This document shows, piece after piece, positions 45,745 through 55,462 of a stretch of DNA of 64,000 bases; within the stretch, counting starts at the first letter, position 1, and every line of letters starts with the position of its first letter. The notes below the pieces were generated by a model, which was not told the DNA's origin, did no database searches, and saw only the letters and a program-made list of their open reading frames with translations. Where the stretch lies: the IMG/VR virus record IMGVR_UViG_3300015261_000002, positions 1 to 64,000 of that record; one strand, written 5' to 3'. The position numbers and the translations under genes were made by a program.

Positions 45745-46848
45745 TTAGAAGGCGTACTTTGCGGCACCAGGGAATTGACCCCTGAGTTGTACCAGCGCAG
45801 ACTGGTCATGGAACATACCAGCGGTGCACAACAGTGGAACCAGATCGTCCACAGGTTGCAGCAACTTCTTCAGGTCAGGACTCGCAGCATTCATCAACCC
45901 CAGGTCCAGCACTTTACCGAAGTATGTCTGCTTCATGTACCACTCAGGGCCGATCAAGTCCGTAAGGATAGCCAGCAGCTTAGTGCGGATTGCCGGGTAC
46001 TCTTCAGGAATAGCCGTCTTGTCAAAACGGAAGTTGCTGAACAGCACCGAAACAAAGCGTGGGTATTTGCTCAACAGCACGTTCTTTGTTTGCGTGTCAA
46101 ACAGCTTCAGCATGGCATCCATGGATTCGATGTCACCATTGGTGATCACGTTCTGCATGGCTTCCAGTGCAGCATCGCGCTTGATCAGTTCAAACCCTTT
46201 CGGGTAGGAATCCCAGATTCGACGATAGCTGTCAGACATACCAAACATCGTGGCATTCTTCAGCACACTGTTGTAGAACGCGCCCTTAACACTCGTGTCC
46301 AGCAGGTCGTCTAAACCAGCGGCTTTTCCCAGCATGTTCAGTGTCTGCTTACCGAGTTGCCCACGCCAGTTATCATTGACGCGAAACTTTGTGCCGTTCG
46401 TGGTCAAGATATTGCTGATGTTCAAGCCGGTGATCTTCTTGAACTCGTCTGCCAAGGAGGCCGACAGAGCCCGAGCCGCACCGCTTTGACCATTCACCTT
46501 GTAACCCGCAGCACCCGTAACCGCCGAGATGATTGCGTTGTCACTGAAGGTGATCCCATCGGGTCCCATCCGGATACTCTTCGTGAGATCCTTAAGGTTC
46601 AGGTGGCCACCCGACAACGAACCAATAATGCCGTTCAGTTGTTCTACCGCAGTCGAACGGTATTGGGAGATCGTGCCCAGCACACCAGTATCACGGCTGG
46701 TCTTTAACGCCACACCTTGTTTCTGGTTAGCGGTGGTAACGTCAGCAGGTGTCAGTGACGATTCCTTGACCGACTTCATTGCAGTGTTCGTGTTCGTCTG
46801 GAAACTGCTCACCGAGGGGTTGAGGTCCAGTCCGCTGAATAAGTCCAT
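45745..46848 (-). CDS. Probable virion structural protein (367 aa)
   Basis: RBS GGAG; position convergent on the gp182-like gene. Confidence 0.65.
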   Translation of the reverse strand: MDLFSGLDLNPSVSSFQTNTNTAMKSVKESSLTPADVTTANQKQGVALKTSRDTGVLGTISQYRSTAVEQLNGIIGSLSGGHLNLKDLTKSIRMGPDGITFSDNAIISAVTGAAGYKVNGQSGAARALSASLADEFKKITGLNISNILTTNGTKFRVNDNWRGQLGKQTLNMLGKAAGLDDLLDTSVKGAFYNSVLKNATMFGMSDSYRRIWDSYPKGFELIKRDAALEAMQNVITNGDIESMDAMLKLFDTQTKNVLLSKYPRFVSVLFSNFRFDKTAIPEEYPAIRTKLLAILTDLIGPEWYMKQTYFGKVLDLGLMNAASPDLKKLLQPVDDLVPLLCTAGMFHDQSALVQLRGQFPGAAKYAF

Positions 46849-46864
46849 GGAATGTCTCCACTAA

Positions 46865-46910
46865 ACAAAAAAATAAAGAGGTCGAGGTGGGGGAAGACCC
46901 CCACCTATAC
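46865..46910 (-). terminator. Intrinsic terminator
   Basis: AGGTGGGG/CCCCACCT stem with minus-strand TCTTTATTTTTTT. Confidence 0.65.
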
Positions 46911-46918
46911 CCTACCGG

Positions 46919-47359
46919 TCAAGAACTTTCAGGTTCGTCACGTACCGGAGGAATCTCTATGCGGTCTTTACCAACAATCCGCAAGGGCTCCGATATCTCG
47001 TAAACTTTGCCTTCGGTGTCTGTTACCCTCATGATAACTTCAACCTTGGCCATCCTTAAAATTGAAAGTCCTTCCAGAAACTTGCTGAATGTAAGGCCAG
47101 GCTTCTGGAAATAGGTGTCCTTGATGTTGCCGGTTCGGGTTGTCCTTTCCTCTTTTGCTTTATCAGGATCTTCGGTCGTTACCTTCCAGTCCAGGTAGTC
47201 TCGCAGATAGCTGATCCACTTACGCGGAGTCATGTCCATCTTTCGTAGCAGCTGCCTGAACAACCGCGCCGGTGTGTCCTGGAGCTGGTCGTCATCTACA
47301 TACTTGTGCGAGATACTGTCCAGCTGGTTAGCCCTTAGGTCTTTCTTTGGCTTCTCCAT
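46919..47359 (-). CDS. Hypothetical protein, possible HTH-like DNA binder
   Basis: Basic protein with an LTFSKFLEGLSIL segment. Confidence 0.6.
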   Translation of the reverse strand: MEKPKKDLRANQLDSISHKYVDDDQLQDTPARLFRQLLRKMDMTPRKWISYLRDYLDWKVTTEDPDKAKEERTTRTGNIKDTYFQKPGLTFSKFLEGLSILRMAKVEVIMRVTDTEGKVYEISEPLRIVGKDRIEIPPVRDEPESS

Positions 47360-47954
47360 TGAGCACCCTTAGCTGTGATTGCACAATTAGCCGAGCAATG
47401 GCGATAAGATCTTCAGTCAACATTTTGAAGTGCTTGCTCGTTAAAAATGCATCGAGTGGTGGATTGAAGGAATTCTTCTTAGCCTTAGCTTGCTCAGGTG
47501 TTAACTGCGAAAGATGATTCTCACAGTACAGCCTGACCAGACTAACCCCATGCGTAAAGAAAAGTTCCGTGGTATAACCACTGCTGTACCAGTCCATGAA
47601 TGGTACCTTACTGCCCACGCCAAAACTCCGGAAAGTATCTTCTACCTTTACCGGGTTAGCGCGTATTAGCCCCTCTAAGAGCCTGTGAGCCTCTCCAGAG
47701 GTGCGTGTATAAACGCTGAGCTCTATGGTGTAGAACCAGGCGAAGTCTTCCTCAAACTCAAGCAGGGCGACCTGAGCCAGCGCATCGTATAGAAGTGTCA
47801 CAGAGTCAATAAAACGGACCTTTGCGGACCCGTAACCTCTTTGTACCTCATCGAATTGATTTAGCAGCTGATTGAAGTGTTCCAGCTGCGCCCATTTCCC
47901 AATCAAAGGAAGCTTGCCTAGTACCTGTAATACGGATCGCTTGGTGAGTATCAT
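47328..47954 (-). CDS. Hypothetical protein (208 aa)
   Basis: Downstream of an early promoter motif; overlaps the next gene. Confidence 0.7.
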   Translation of the reverse strand: MILTKRSVLQVLGKLPLIGKWAQLEHFNQLLNQFDEVQRGYGSAKVRFIDSVTLLYDALAQVALLEFEEDFAWFYTIELSVYTRTSGEAHRLLEGLIRANPVKVEDTFRSFGVGSKVPFMDWYSSGYTTELFFTHGVSLVRLYCENHLSQLTPEQAKAKKNSFNPPLDAFLTSKHFKMLTEDLIAIARLIVQSQLRVLNGEAKERPKG

Positions 47955-47984
47955 GAACTCATGCCCCTTACTGTTCTCAGACTA

Positions 47985-47997
47985 GTAATATAGGTTT
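47985..47997 (-). promoter_or_regulatory. Early promoter motif AAACCTATATTAC
   Basis: Identical to 23998-24010; in a divergent intergenic gap. Confidence 0.72.
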
Positions 47998-48005
47998 AAA
48001 AAATT

Positions 48006-48563
48006 ATGGACAGCACAGAAGAAGCAGTAAAACCAGTTATTCCGAAAGAGATCTCTCCGTTTGCGGACACCATGTCGGACTTGGACAAGAAGCACAAGAC
48101 CGAAGATGATGAAGCCGCTGAGGCCATGGAAACCCTGCGCAAGGCACTGGTCATTGACCTGGAAGACGAAGACCAGAACAAACTGGTAGAAGCGATCCAA
48201 CAGAACCGAGCCTTGCTGCTGAAGTACGCCATGCAGCAATACCTCTCCAAACCAACCAGCGCCTCCCTTCTGGAAGGTGTCAGTTCGTTGATCGGACACA
48301 TGGAAAAAACCGTACGGGATAACCGTAAGGAAAAAGCCAAAAAGAAAGAAGGCGAAACGAACGTACTGGCGTTCAACCAGATGCTCGAAGCCATGAAAAG
48401 CATCAGCAGTGGTGCGGTTGCCTTGCCGGTCTTTGATATGTCGAGCTTCTTGCTCGATCCTAACAAGTCGCTGCTGGACACCGCCAAAGATGTTGCTCCA
48501 ATCAAGCCAGAAGAATTGGTGCAGGGTAACTCGTTGGTCGATATAGATGGCAACCCGGTGTAA
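48006..48563 (+). CDS. Hypothetical helical protein (185 aa)
   Basis: Good codon bias; followed by a hairpin. Confidence 0.75.
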   Translation: MDSTEEAVKPVIPKEISPFADTMSDLDKKHKTEDDEAAEAMETLRKALVIDLEDEDQNKLVEAIQQNRALLLKYAMQQYLSKPTSASLLEGVSSLIGHMEKTVRDNRKEKAKKKEGETNVLAFNQMLEAMKSISSGAVALPVFDMSSFLLDPNKSLLDTAKDVAPIKPEELVQGNSLVDIDGNPV

Positions 48564-48573
48564 AAACATTTCA

Positions 48574-48619
48574 CAGCATAAAGGCTAGAGTGGAGGCACT
48601 GCCTCCACTCTAGTTAGCC
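48574..48619. terminator. Stem-loop at a convergent junction, preceded by CAGCATA
   Basis: CTAGAGTGGAGGC-ACT-GCCTCCACTCTAG. Confidence 0.7.
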
Positions 48620-48622
48620 CGG

Positions 48623-49360
48623 TCATTTTTCCGCGTAATCAAAGAACTGATGCTTGATCGGCACCAGGGTGATCGCCGTTCCCAACGACAAGCTCATGCT
48701 GAAGATCAGGTCAGAAACACTACCGGTAAAGGTGTCGAGTTTCTTGGCCAGGATATCCGGCACGATAAACGCTGTGTTTGGAATCGGTGTCTGGCTCAGG
48801 GTTTCGATCAACAGCTTCGAGTCCTCGCCAATCAGCGAATCATACTTGAACACGTAACGGAACTGCTTGTAGTACTGAGCAGTCATCTTCGACGGATCAG
48901 CGCTGAACGTCTTCACCGTTACTAGCCCTTTGAATGCTGCCCGGCAATGGACGACAAAATCATCGAGCATCGCTTGGTCGAATTCATAGGGGAAGGTATT
49001 AACGTTGAGGTTAACGGTCTTAATGCCCACCGGCCGTTCTTCAAGTTGCTCCAACTGCACAACAGTGCGGATGAATTCATTGTAGAAGTTGGACGGGTAG
49101 TACATCAGCCAGTCGCTCAGGCTTCGCTTCTTCCAGGCCTTCTCGTACTTCTCCCGATCGATGTTGAAGAACGGGTAGCTGAACGTGTCCATCTCGCGGG
49201 CTTTGTAGTTGTCGGCCACGTGCAGATCCCAGAGGCGATTACCTTCTGCGATTCGCTTGGTATCATCTTCAATACCCTCAGTCATCAACAGACTGAGCAG
49301 CCCACGACGAGGATCATAGATACAATCGATCTCCGTGTAGATTTCTAAGACCTTGTTCAT
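48623..49360 (-). CDS. Conserved hypothetical protein (245 aa)
   Basis: YTEIDCIYDPR N-terminus, weakly HAD-like; coupled to the upstream gene. Confidence 0.7.
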   Translation of the reverse strand: MNKVLEIYTEIDCIYDPRRGLLSLLMTEGIEDDTKRIAEGNRLWDLHVADNYKAREMDTFSYPFFNIDREKYEKAWKKRSLSDWLMYYPSNFYNEFIRTVVQLEQLEERPVGIKTVNLNVNTFPYEFDQAMLDDFVVHCRAAFKGLVTVKTFSADPSKMTAQYYKQFRYVFKYDSLIGEDSKLLIETLSQTPIPNTAFIVPDILAKKLDTFTGSVSDLIFSMSLSLGTAITLVPIKHQFFDYAEK

Positions 49361-49797
49361 TTCTCACCGCCTTTATCACCGACCTTCTCACCAGCATCCG
49401 GTAACTCCAAGCGCATGGCGTCGCCGTACACACGGGTGGCCAGCAGGAGAAGGTAGGACACTGCTTTGTGGTCTGCGTGACGTGTTGCAGCCTCACCACC
49501 TGGCGTGCCAGAGATAACAGTGTTCAGCAAGTTTTCAAAATCGTCGATGAGCTTTTCACGAGAGGCGCCCAGGTCGGTCAGTACCTGCATCTGGAAATTG
49601 ATCCAGCCGTCGTAGGCATCGCCGTCTTCACCCACGGCCTTAAAGAAAGCGTCGTAGGCCTCACCGAAACGGATCAGTGGAACAAAGAAGATACCTGACA
49701 GTGGAATCTTCAGGCTAGGAAACTCTCTTGGCTGAAGATCCACCAACGCGTTGTTGATCACCACTTTAAGGTGCAACAGGTCATTCATGTCATCCAT
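49357..49797 (-). CDS. Hypothetical protein (146 aa)
   Basis: Operonic, ATGA overlap. Confidence 0.7.
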   Translation of the reverse strand: MDDMNDLLHLKVVINNALVDLQPREFPSLKIPLSGIFFVPLIRFGEAYDAFFKAVGEDGDAYDGWINFQMQVLTDLGASREKLIDDFENLLNTVISGTPGGEAATRHADHKAVSYLLLLATRVYGDAMRLELPDAGEKVGDKGGEK

Positions 49798-49805
49798 GGT
49801 GCACC

Positions 49806-50486
49806 TTAAGTCCGGGAGTTCATGTTGTTATCGATACCACGCGCTCGCAACAGATAGTGCGCAGTCTTCAACACCTTGGCGATGTCGCCACGCTCCAGGC
49901 TGGAGTTGGTGTTTGTCTTACCGGTGGTAAGGATGTCGTTCTTGTACGCACGCAGGGCCTGCTGGTCACCACCCTTGACGTTATACAGTTCGTTGGCCAT
50001 GATGGTCAGACCGAGGTTACGAAGAACGGTAATCTCAGGCTGACTGATGCCCGTTGAACGGCTGTCACCCATGACCTGCCCTGTGAGGTCGTCGATGGCT
50101 GTGTCGTCTTTGGCAGCGGAGAACTTTTTTACCCACATCTGACGTTGTTTACGCAGCACATCGGTACCCACGATAGCGGTGTACGGTGTCATCGACTTGA
50201 TGCCCGTTTCCTCATCGTAGATCACCAGCCGTTGTTCCAAGGACACGTTGTATTCCTTGGCCAGCTTCTTCAGGTTTTCCCAGTCAATCATCTCATCCGG
50301 GTTATGGTTGCTTCCCCAGATGGCCAGTACACCGATTTCTTCCAGCTTGACCATGAACTCGTCAAACTGTTTGTCGTTTAAGGCTTTGAACAACCGCTCG
50401 TAGATAACACGGTTGCCACCGCCCTTGGTGACTTTACCCATAAACGTCAGGATAAAGTCTTCAAATCCCTTACGGTTCTTTGCCAT
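49806..50486 (-). CDS. Virion RNAP beta C-terminal fragment (phiKZ gp149 / SPN3US gp218-like)
   Basis: DDLTGQV.GDSR...ISQPE and KGGD, equivalent to the beta C-terminal region. Confidence 0.8.
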   Translation of the reverse strand: MAKNRKGFEDFILTFMGKVTKGGGNRVIYERLFKALNDKQFDEFMVKLEEIGVLAIWGSNHNPDEMIDWENLKKLAKEYNVSLEQRLVIYDEETGIKSMTPYTAIVGTDVLRKQRQMWVKKFSAAKDDTAIDDLTGQVMGDSRSTGISQPEITVLRNLGLTIMANELYNVKGGDQQALRAYKNDILTTGKTNTNSSLERGDIAKVLKTAHYLLRARGIDNNMNSRT

Positions 50487-50489
50487 GGT

Positions 50490-50867
50490 TTACTTCCTCA
50501 GGTACCCGTACTTGGTGTAAGGCTTGTTGGCGTTGGTCACCACCTCACAGGCCATCGAGAGGAAGGGATCGTTTTGTGCGATCGTGATGGTTACCAGGCG
50601 GTCGAACAGCATGGTGACGTTTTCCAACGTTTGACCAAACACGGTTTTGTTCTTGTCGTCGACCGGAATCACTTGGATGGATTCGTCAACGTTACCCAGC
50701 CCGTACTTACCAGAAACAGTGAACATGGTAATGCCTTCGGCTGAGCGTTCGGCCAACTTAGCTTTCAAGTTCGCCATGTAAGTGAAAGGATCTGCACACA
50801 GGTTGATAAAATTACTGTCGGCAACCACCAACACGACATTTCCACATTGTTCGGTATCCATGCTCAC
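50490..50867 (-). CDS. Hypothetical protein (125 aa)
   Basis: Operonic alpha/beta ORF. Confidence 0.65.
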   Translation of the reverse strand: MSMDTEQCGNVVLVVADSNFINLCADPFTYMANLKAKLAERSAEGITMFTVSGKYGLGNVDESIQVIPVDDKNKTVFGQTLENVTMLFDRLVTITIAQNDPFLSMACEVVTNANKPYTKYGYLRK

Positions 50868-50924
50868 TTTCCCCTAAATAAGAATAGGGACTCGATGAAT
50901 TGAGTCCCCCTATACATTGCCGCA

Positions 50925-52415
50925 TTACTTAGCGACTTTCTTTTCCAGCCAGTACGGCTTACGTTCGCCAATGGCGATTTTCAACAGCTCCATAGTTGAG
51001 ACGGTGTGCTTCTTGATCTCTGGGTTCGTGTGCCAATAGTACACGGTGTTTTCCAGAATGTCGTCCCAGCTATACCCCTGCTCTTTGATTTTTTGGTAGA
51101 GTTCTTGGGGTGTGATGCGGTAACGCTTTGGTGTATCGAGCCAGAAGGCTTGCATGTGCAGCATCTGGTAGCAGATCGTCAGTGCACGTTCCAGCTTAGG
51201 ATCGGACAGTGTCTTCTCCCAGATGGTAGTACGGCCGAGTTTCAGCTCAGGGTACAGAACACAGGCGTGGCTGATCGCCGAGCCTTCCAGACCAAACATG
51301 CCATTCGTTTTCATAGCATGATACATGGTCAGACCTTCCTGGATCCCTAGACTTTGGGAACCAATAAAGAAGAAACTGCCACCACTGCTGCCACTCTTGT
51401 TACGATAAGCAGTGAATGGGTAAAACAGTAGATCAGGGTTTTCTTTAGCATCTGCATCGAGGACAATGTCTTTACCGAACGGGTTAGGGTACAGCCATTC
51501 CTGGCCGCTTTTCAATGCGGAACCCTTGATGATCTCCCAGCCTACTTGTGGGACACGCATCATCGACTTCGGCCCTTTAAGCTTCTTGCCAGGACGAATG
51601 AAGACGGATTCCTTTTCTTGTGGGCGACCGGTCATGTTGATCGTGTCAACAACCTGGGCCGTCCAGAACTGCACGCAGCCGATTTCACCGCCCAGTACGT
51701 CGGCGTCTTCGTAAACGATACGCTTCATGTTACCGATGGCCATGTCACGGGTACGCTTCTCGCCGCCTTCGTCGACGTCGCCGTCTTGGAAGTGAGCAGA
51801 GACCTTGTGGAAGTGCATCTCGGAGATCGAGTCCACAAAGGTAATGATCGGAGTGATCAGCTTGATTGGCAAACCATCGTTACCCAGGTACGGGGTTTCG
51901 ATGTAGATATCTTTCTTCGCCTTGATATCTTCTTTAACTTTGGCGTTGAGGTCCTTGAAGAAGTTGTGGACCCAGGTACCGTCAACACCGGCGATCTCAG
52001 CCTTTGGATCATGACGACCAAATGGATTGGCCTTGTGATCGTTACGGTTGAAATAGAAGAAACGTTTGTTAAGAACGTGTTCGTTGAAATAACCGGGAAT
52101 GCCACACTCACGGTCATACATGTCGGCCATACGCTTCACCGACAACGTGGCCTCGATATCCATGACGAAAGCAATCGACGTTGGAATGCGAAACAACAGG
52201 CGCACGATTTGCAGTGCGGTCTCACCAGTCTTCTGCGTGTTGTTACCGCCGGTCACTGCGTTGTTACGGCACGCGCCACCGTTGAGGTAGGTGATACCGT
52301 TTGGACCGATTACGTGTTCGCCGTTAACCATGTCGTTGATCGGTGACACGTTGTACGCGGGAATCAATGCGTCAGATGATTTAATGTCTTCAACAAAAGA
52401 AAACGGACTCGCCAT
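50925..52415 (-). CDS. UvsX/RecA-like recombinase (phiKZ gp152-like)
   Basis: Divergent Walker A GGNNTQKT, MDIEAT, FVDSIS and RNKSG motifs; synteny. Confidence 0.75.
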   Translation of the reverse strand: MASPFSFVEDIKSSDALIPAYNVSPINDMVNGEHVIGPNGITYLNGGACRNNAVTGGNNTQKTGETALQIVRLLFRIPTSIAFVMDIEATLSVKRMADMYDRECGIPGYFNEHVLNKRFFYFNRNDHKANPFGRHDPKAEIAGVDGTWVHNFFKDLNAKVKEDIKAKKDIYIETPYLGNDGLPIKLITPIITFVDSISEMHFHKVSAHFQDGDVDEGGEKRTRDMAIGNMKRIVYEDADVLGGEIGCVQFWTAQVVDTINMTGRPQEKESVFIRPGKKLKGPKSMMRVPQVGWEIIKGSALKSGQEWLYPNPFGKDIVLDADAKENPDLLFYPFTAYRNKSGSSGGSFFFIGSQSLGIQEGLTMYHAMKTNGMFGLEGSAISHACVLYPELKLGRTTIWEKTLSDPKLERALTICYQMLHMQAFWLDTPKRYRITPQELYQKIKEQGYSWDDILENTVYYWHTNPEIKKHTVSTMELLKIAIGERKPYWLEKKVAK

Positions 52416-52431
52416 TGCAGTCTTCCTGATA

Positions 52432-52439
52432 ATGTTATG
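52432..52439 (+). promoter_or_regulatory. Candidate late promoter ATGTTATG
   Basis: Same octamer as upstream of the sheath gene, about 80 nt before an ATG. Confidence 0.4.
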
Positions 52440-52519
52440 AATTCAATCCAGGGGCCATCCGCCCAATCATTATTGGGCAAACTGCCCTCCCCCAAACTAT
52501 AGTGATACAGAGGTCAGTA

Positions 52520-53341
52520 ATGGAACAATCCACTGAAACCCCGAACTACCTGGCACTGGTACAGAAACCAGAACCCTTTACTGTTCAAGGCTTTGAAGCC
52601 CTGGGCCTGGGTGAAAACTTTAAGCTGTTCTTTAAAGAGTTCACATCTTCGATCGACAACCGCATGGCAACGCTGAGCAAGTCTATCCACAAGGTAGATG
52701 CCTCCGCTGCCCTTCTCAACATCGAGCGCAATAAAGTGCTCTATGTGAAGAACACCGGTGTTGAAATCCTGACCCCCGAAGGTTTCTCCGCGGGCATGGG
52801 TAACATGATGGCACATACCAAAGCGGTAACCGCCGGTATCTACATCGTGTGCAGTTTGAAAACCGAAGCATCGAGACTATATGATTGGCTGAAACAAGTC
52901 ATTCGTACCGGTCGCATCGATCGCAGCTTCGGCTGGACCATTCGTGACTTCGACACGGCCCTGAGCAAGACCGAAAACTTCGTACGTCAACTGCCTACCG
53001 GTAGCCGTAAACTGAAGTTCAACCTCGGTCAGGTCTACTTCAACTTCGACGAGTTCTTTGACTGTGTCAATACCTTCAACGACACGGTACAGACCCTCGG
53101 CGCTCGTGATGTGGAAATGCTCGCCAAGGAACTGTCGAACGTCTACGAACTCGGTGAATTGCTCGTACACAAGATCAAGACGAGCGAACTGGTGATCAAT
53201 GAACAAGGCATCGACGACATCGAAACCGTCGTAAACAAGTTCGTTGCCCTCACCAACCTGTCGGGTGCCGTCCTGGTGCTCCTGAATGACCTCACAGCGG
53301 TCTTCAACGAACAGGTCAAGACCATCGCAGCCCTTCGTTAA
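52520..53341 (+). CDS. Virion head protein (phiKZ gp153-like by synteny)
   Basis: RBS GAGG; N-terminal G-F-E candidate protease site. Confidence 0.65.
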   Translation: MEQSTETPNYLALVQKPEPFTVQGFEALGLGENFKLFFKEFTSSIDNRMATLSKSIHKVDASAALLNIERNKVLYVKNTGVEILTPEGFSAGMGNMMAHTKAVTAGIYIVCSLKTEASRLYDWLKQVIRTGRIDRSFGWTIRDFDTALSKTENFVRQLPTGSRKLKFNLGQVYFNFDEFFDCVNTFNDTVQTLGARDVEMLAKELSNVYELGELLVHKIKTSELVINEQGIDDIETVVNKFVALTNLSGAVLVLLNDLTAVFNEQVKTIAALR

Positions 53342-53344
53342 CAA

Positions 53345-53392
53345 GCAGCCATAAACCTAACTACAGGAGCCCACACAGGCTCCTGTAGTTAG
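53345..53392. terminator. 15-bp stem-loop at a convergent junction, preceded by GCAGCCATA
   Basis: CTAACTACAGGAGCC-CACACA-GGCTCCTGTAGTTAG. Confidence 0.78.
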
Positions 53393-53400
53393 TAAGCGTT

Positions 53401-54918
53401 TTATGAATTTCTTCCCAGCTCAGCTTCTGACAGTACACGAAGATTTGCTCCTGCACTGGTGTGCACGTAGATAAAGTCGTTTGTCTTTACCAGCGTACAG
53501 AAACGCATGCCTTGTGCGTTCCGGGAATCAACAGCTACCCACACCTCTACATCAGGATCTTCTACCGAGTTAAACGCGTTACGCTCTGGAATGTCGTAAC
53601 CCACAGACAACGTGATCGGAACTGGCTTAACCGCATTGCGATGTTCGACCGGAACCTTAAAGGTTGTCTTGAGCTGGTTGAAGTCAGGATGCAACTTCAA
53701 CTTAGTGACGCCCTTGCCATTGACTTCCTTGACGTAGATCAGATCCGTGATGTTGTAGAACTTGGTATCACCAAAGACGTTCTTCTCATCCTTCTTGAGG
53801 AAAGACTCGAGTACTATGTCCATGGTGTCCAAGAACTCACGGATACGGTACGACATCAGGACCGGCGAGATCAGTTCGATCAGGACCGGTTTGCCATTGC
53901 CTTTAGTAACAGGCGAGACAAGGTTGTTGTCTTCCTTAACAGCAGGAATACTGTCCAGCATGCGCGCAACGTCTTTGCTCGTGAGGTTGTTGAGCGTTCC
54001 TGCCGACAGGTACCCATCAGGGTTCGCAATCTTCTTGGCAGTAAACTCATACATCTTGTCCAACAACTTGATTGGAGTCAAGGTGTACAACTTCGAATAC
54101 GTCACGTCCGGGGTGATTTTCCCGTAATAGTTTTTGTCGGGTTCCACTTTACCGAAACTGTAGACTCGGTACCCGTTAAAGAGATCGTAAAACTTTTCGT
54201 ACTGACCGGTTTCGAAGTACCAACGACTGGCGCTGACTATCTTGTTAAAATCCGTCTCTGGGTTCTCGTATTCCTTACGAGACATTACCGAAATATCCGG
54301 CTTCTGCTCATGACCCCATACGCTGGATATCTCAGCGATTTCCATTTGCTTGTGAGCGAGACGGTTACCCAACCCACCCTCAGCAGATCCTGGAAGATCG
54401 AAAAACAACTTACGTTCCTTGTTGTTCCTCAGAATCTCCAGTTGTTCGCACAGTTCGATACCGGTTTTGATTTCTTCCGGAGTCAGGACATGCTTACCCA
54501 CCTTCACGTCCTGGCCGGATACCACTTTCCAAGCAGGTTCCTGCATGCGGCTAATGAGTTCGAGTTCCTTGTGAGGCGTTACAATCCATAGGTTCTTTTG
54601 CCCACGCTCGTTAGCGACTTTCAGAACTTCCAAGAATCCTTTCATCAAGCTGTCAATCAAACTGCTTGCATTAGGCACAATCAGATTGACGATGTCCTGG
54701 ACTACTACAACGGTGTTCGGTTTTTGCTTGTTGCCAGTGTAGTACCCTGTCGAGGTCGCTACATCTTTGGCCAACTTTTTCTTGCCCTCTTCTTTAACAT
54801 CATAGGTATAACCATGGCCACCCATGTAGTAATGATGTTTCCGACGACCTTCCTTGGGCTCTAAGGCATTTGCAATGAGATAAACGACCATGTTTATCGT
54901 TGGAATATTTTCGTCCAT
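53401..54918 (-). CDS. RNase H-like protein (phiKZ gp155-like) with apparently degenerate catalytic residues
   Basis: Synteny and size; GGHGYTY and LGNRLAH (GNxxAD-like); first strand VVYLIAN lacks the Asp. Confidence 0.6.
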   Translation of the reverse strand: MDENIPTINMVVYLIANALEPKEGRRKHHYYMGGHGYTYDVKEEGKKKLAKDVATSTGYYTGNKQKPNTVVVVQDIVNLIVPNASSLIDSLMKGFLEVLKVANERGQKNLWIVTPHKELELISRMQEPAWKVVSGQDVKVGKHVLTPEEIKTGIELCEQLEILRNNKERKLFFDLPGSAEGGLGNRLAHKQMEIAEISSVWGHEQKPDISVMSRKEYENPETDFNKIVSASRWYFETGQYEKFYDLFNGYRVYSFGKVEPDKNYYGKITPDVTYSKLYTLTPIKLLDKMYEFTAKKIANPDGYLSAGTLNNLTSKDVARMLDSIPAVKEDNNLVSPVTKGNGKPVLIELISPVLMSYRIREFLDTMDIVLESFLKKDEKNVFGDTKFYNITDLIYVKEVNGKGVTKLKLHPDFNQLKTTFKVPVEHRNAVKPVPITLSVGYDIPERNAFNSVEDPDVEVWVAVDSRNAQGMRFCTLVKTNDFIYVHTSAGANLRVLSEAELGRNS

Positions 54919-54977
54919 TCGATGTGCCCTTAAGAGGTGTAGTTACACATTAATGAGCTCCCGGGTGAAGATTCACA

Positions 54978-55430
54978 TCAAGGACGTCGAAGAGCTTTAT
55001 CGAGCAGCACTTTGTTGTTTTTCCGCAAGAGGTCGTTCTCGTCCAGAGTCTGGATAAGCTGTAAACGCAACCAGTGGTTTTGTTCAAACAGTCGAGCGTT
55101 CGTCTTGAGGAACAGGATATTTTCTTGCTTTAAGGTCGCGTTCTGACCGGCAAGCATGTCGTTGATGCGAATGAACCCTTTGATAGGTCCACCGTTGTCC
55201 CCATCGAACAAAAGGTTTACTTTAGAAATACCCTCCTCCATGTCCGAGAGTTCAGTACGCATATTGACGTTTGCAATCAAAAGACTGGTCACGAGAAACA
55301 TGAGTACCGTCACCAAGAAGATCGAGGTCTTCAGCGCCGATGTTAATTGCTCTTCAAGTGTTTCACCCTTTGTCAACGAGAGGACAAATTCTATAGATCT
55401 GTTGGTTAGCTCTCTAAAGACCGCTAACAT
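54978..55430 (-). CDS. Membrane protein with one TM helix and a coiled coil
   Basis: SIFLVTVLMFLVTSLLIA followed by heptad repeats. Confidence 0.7.
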   Translation of the reverse strand: MLAVFRELTNRSIEFVLSLTKGETLEEQLTSALKTSIFLVTVLMFLVTSLLIANVNMRTELSDMEEGISKVNLLFDGDNGGPIKGFIRINDMLAGQNATLKQENILFLKTNARLFEQNHWLRLQLIQTLDENDLLRKNNKVLLDKALRRP

Positions 55431-55462
55431 GGGACCATTCCTTACTGAAGAGGTGAGAGTTT

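Noticed and set aside
26030-50486. Split RNAP subunits as a novel finding
   Set aside because: Split beta and beta' virion RNAP genes are established for phiKZ-like phages.
52220-52260. Non-canonical Walker A (GGNNTQKT) suggesting a dead recombinase
   Set aside because: Lys-Thr and Walker B are retained, and divergent P-loops are usual in this family as I recall.
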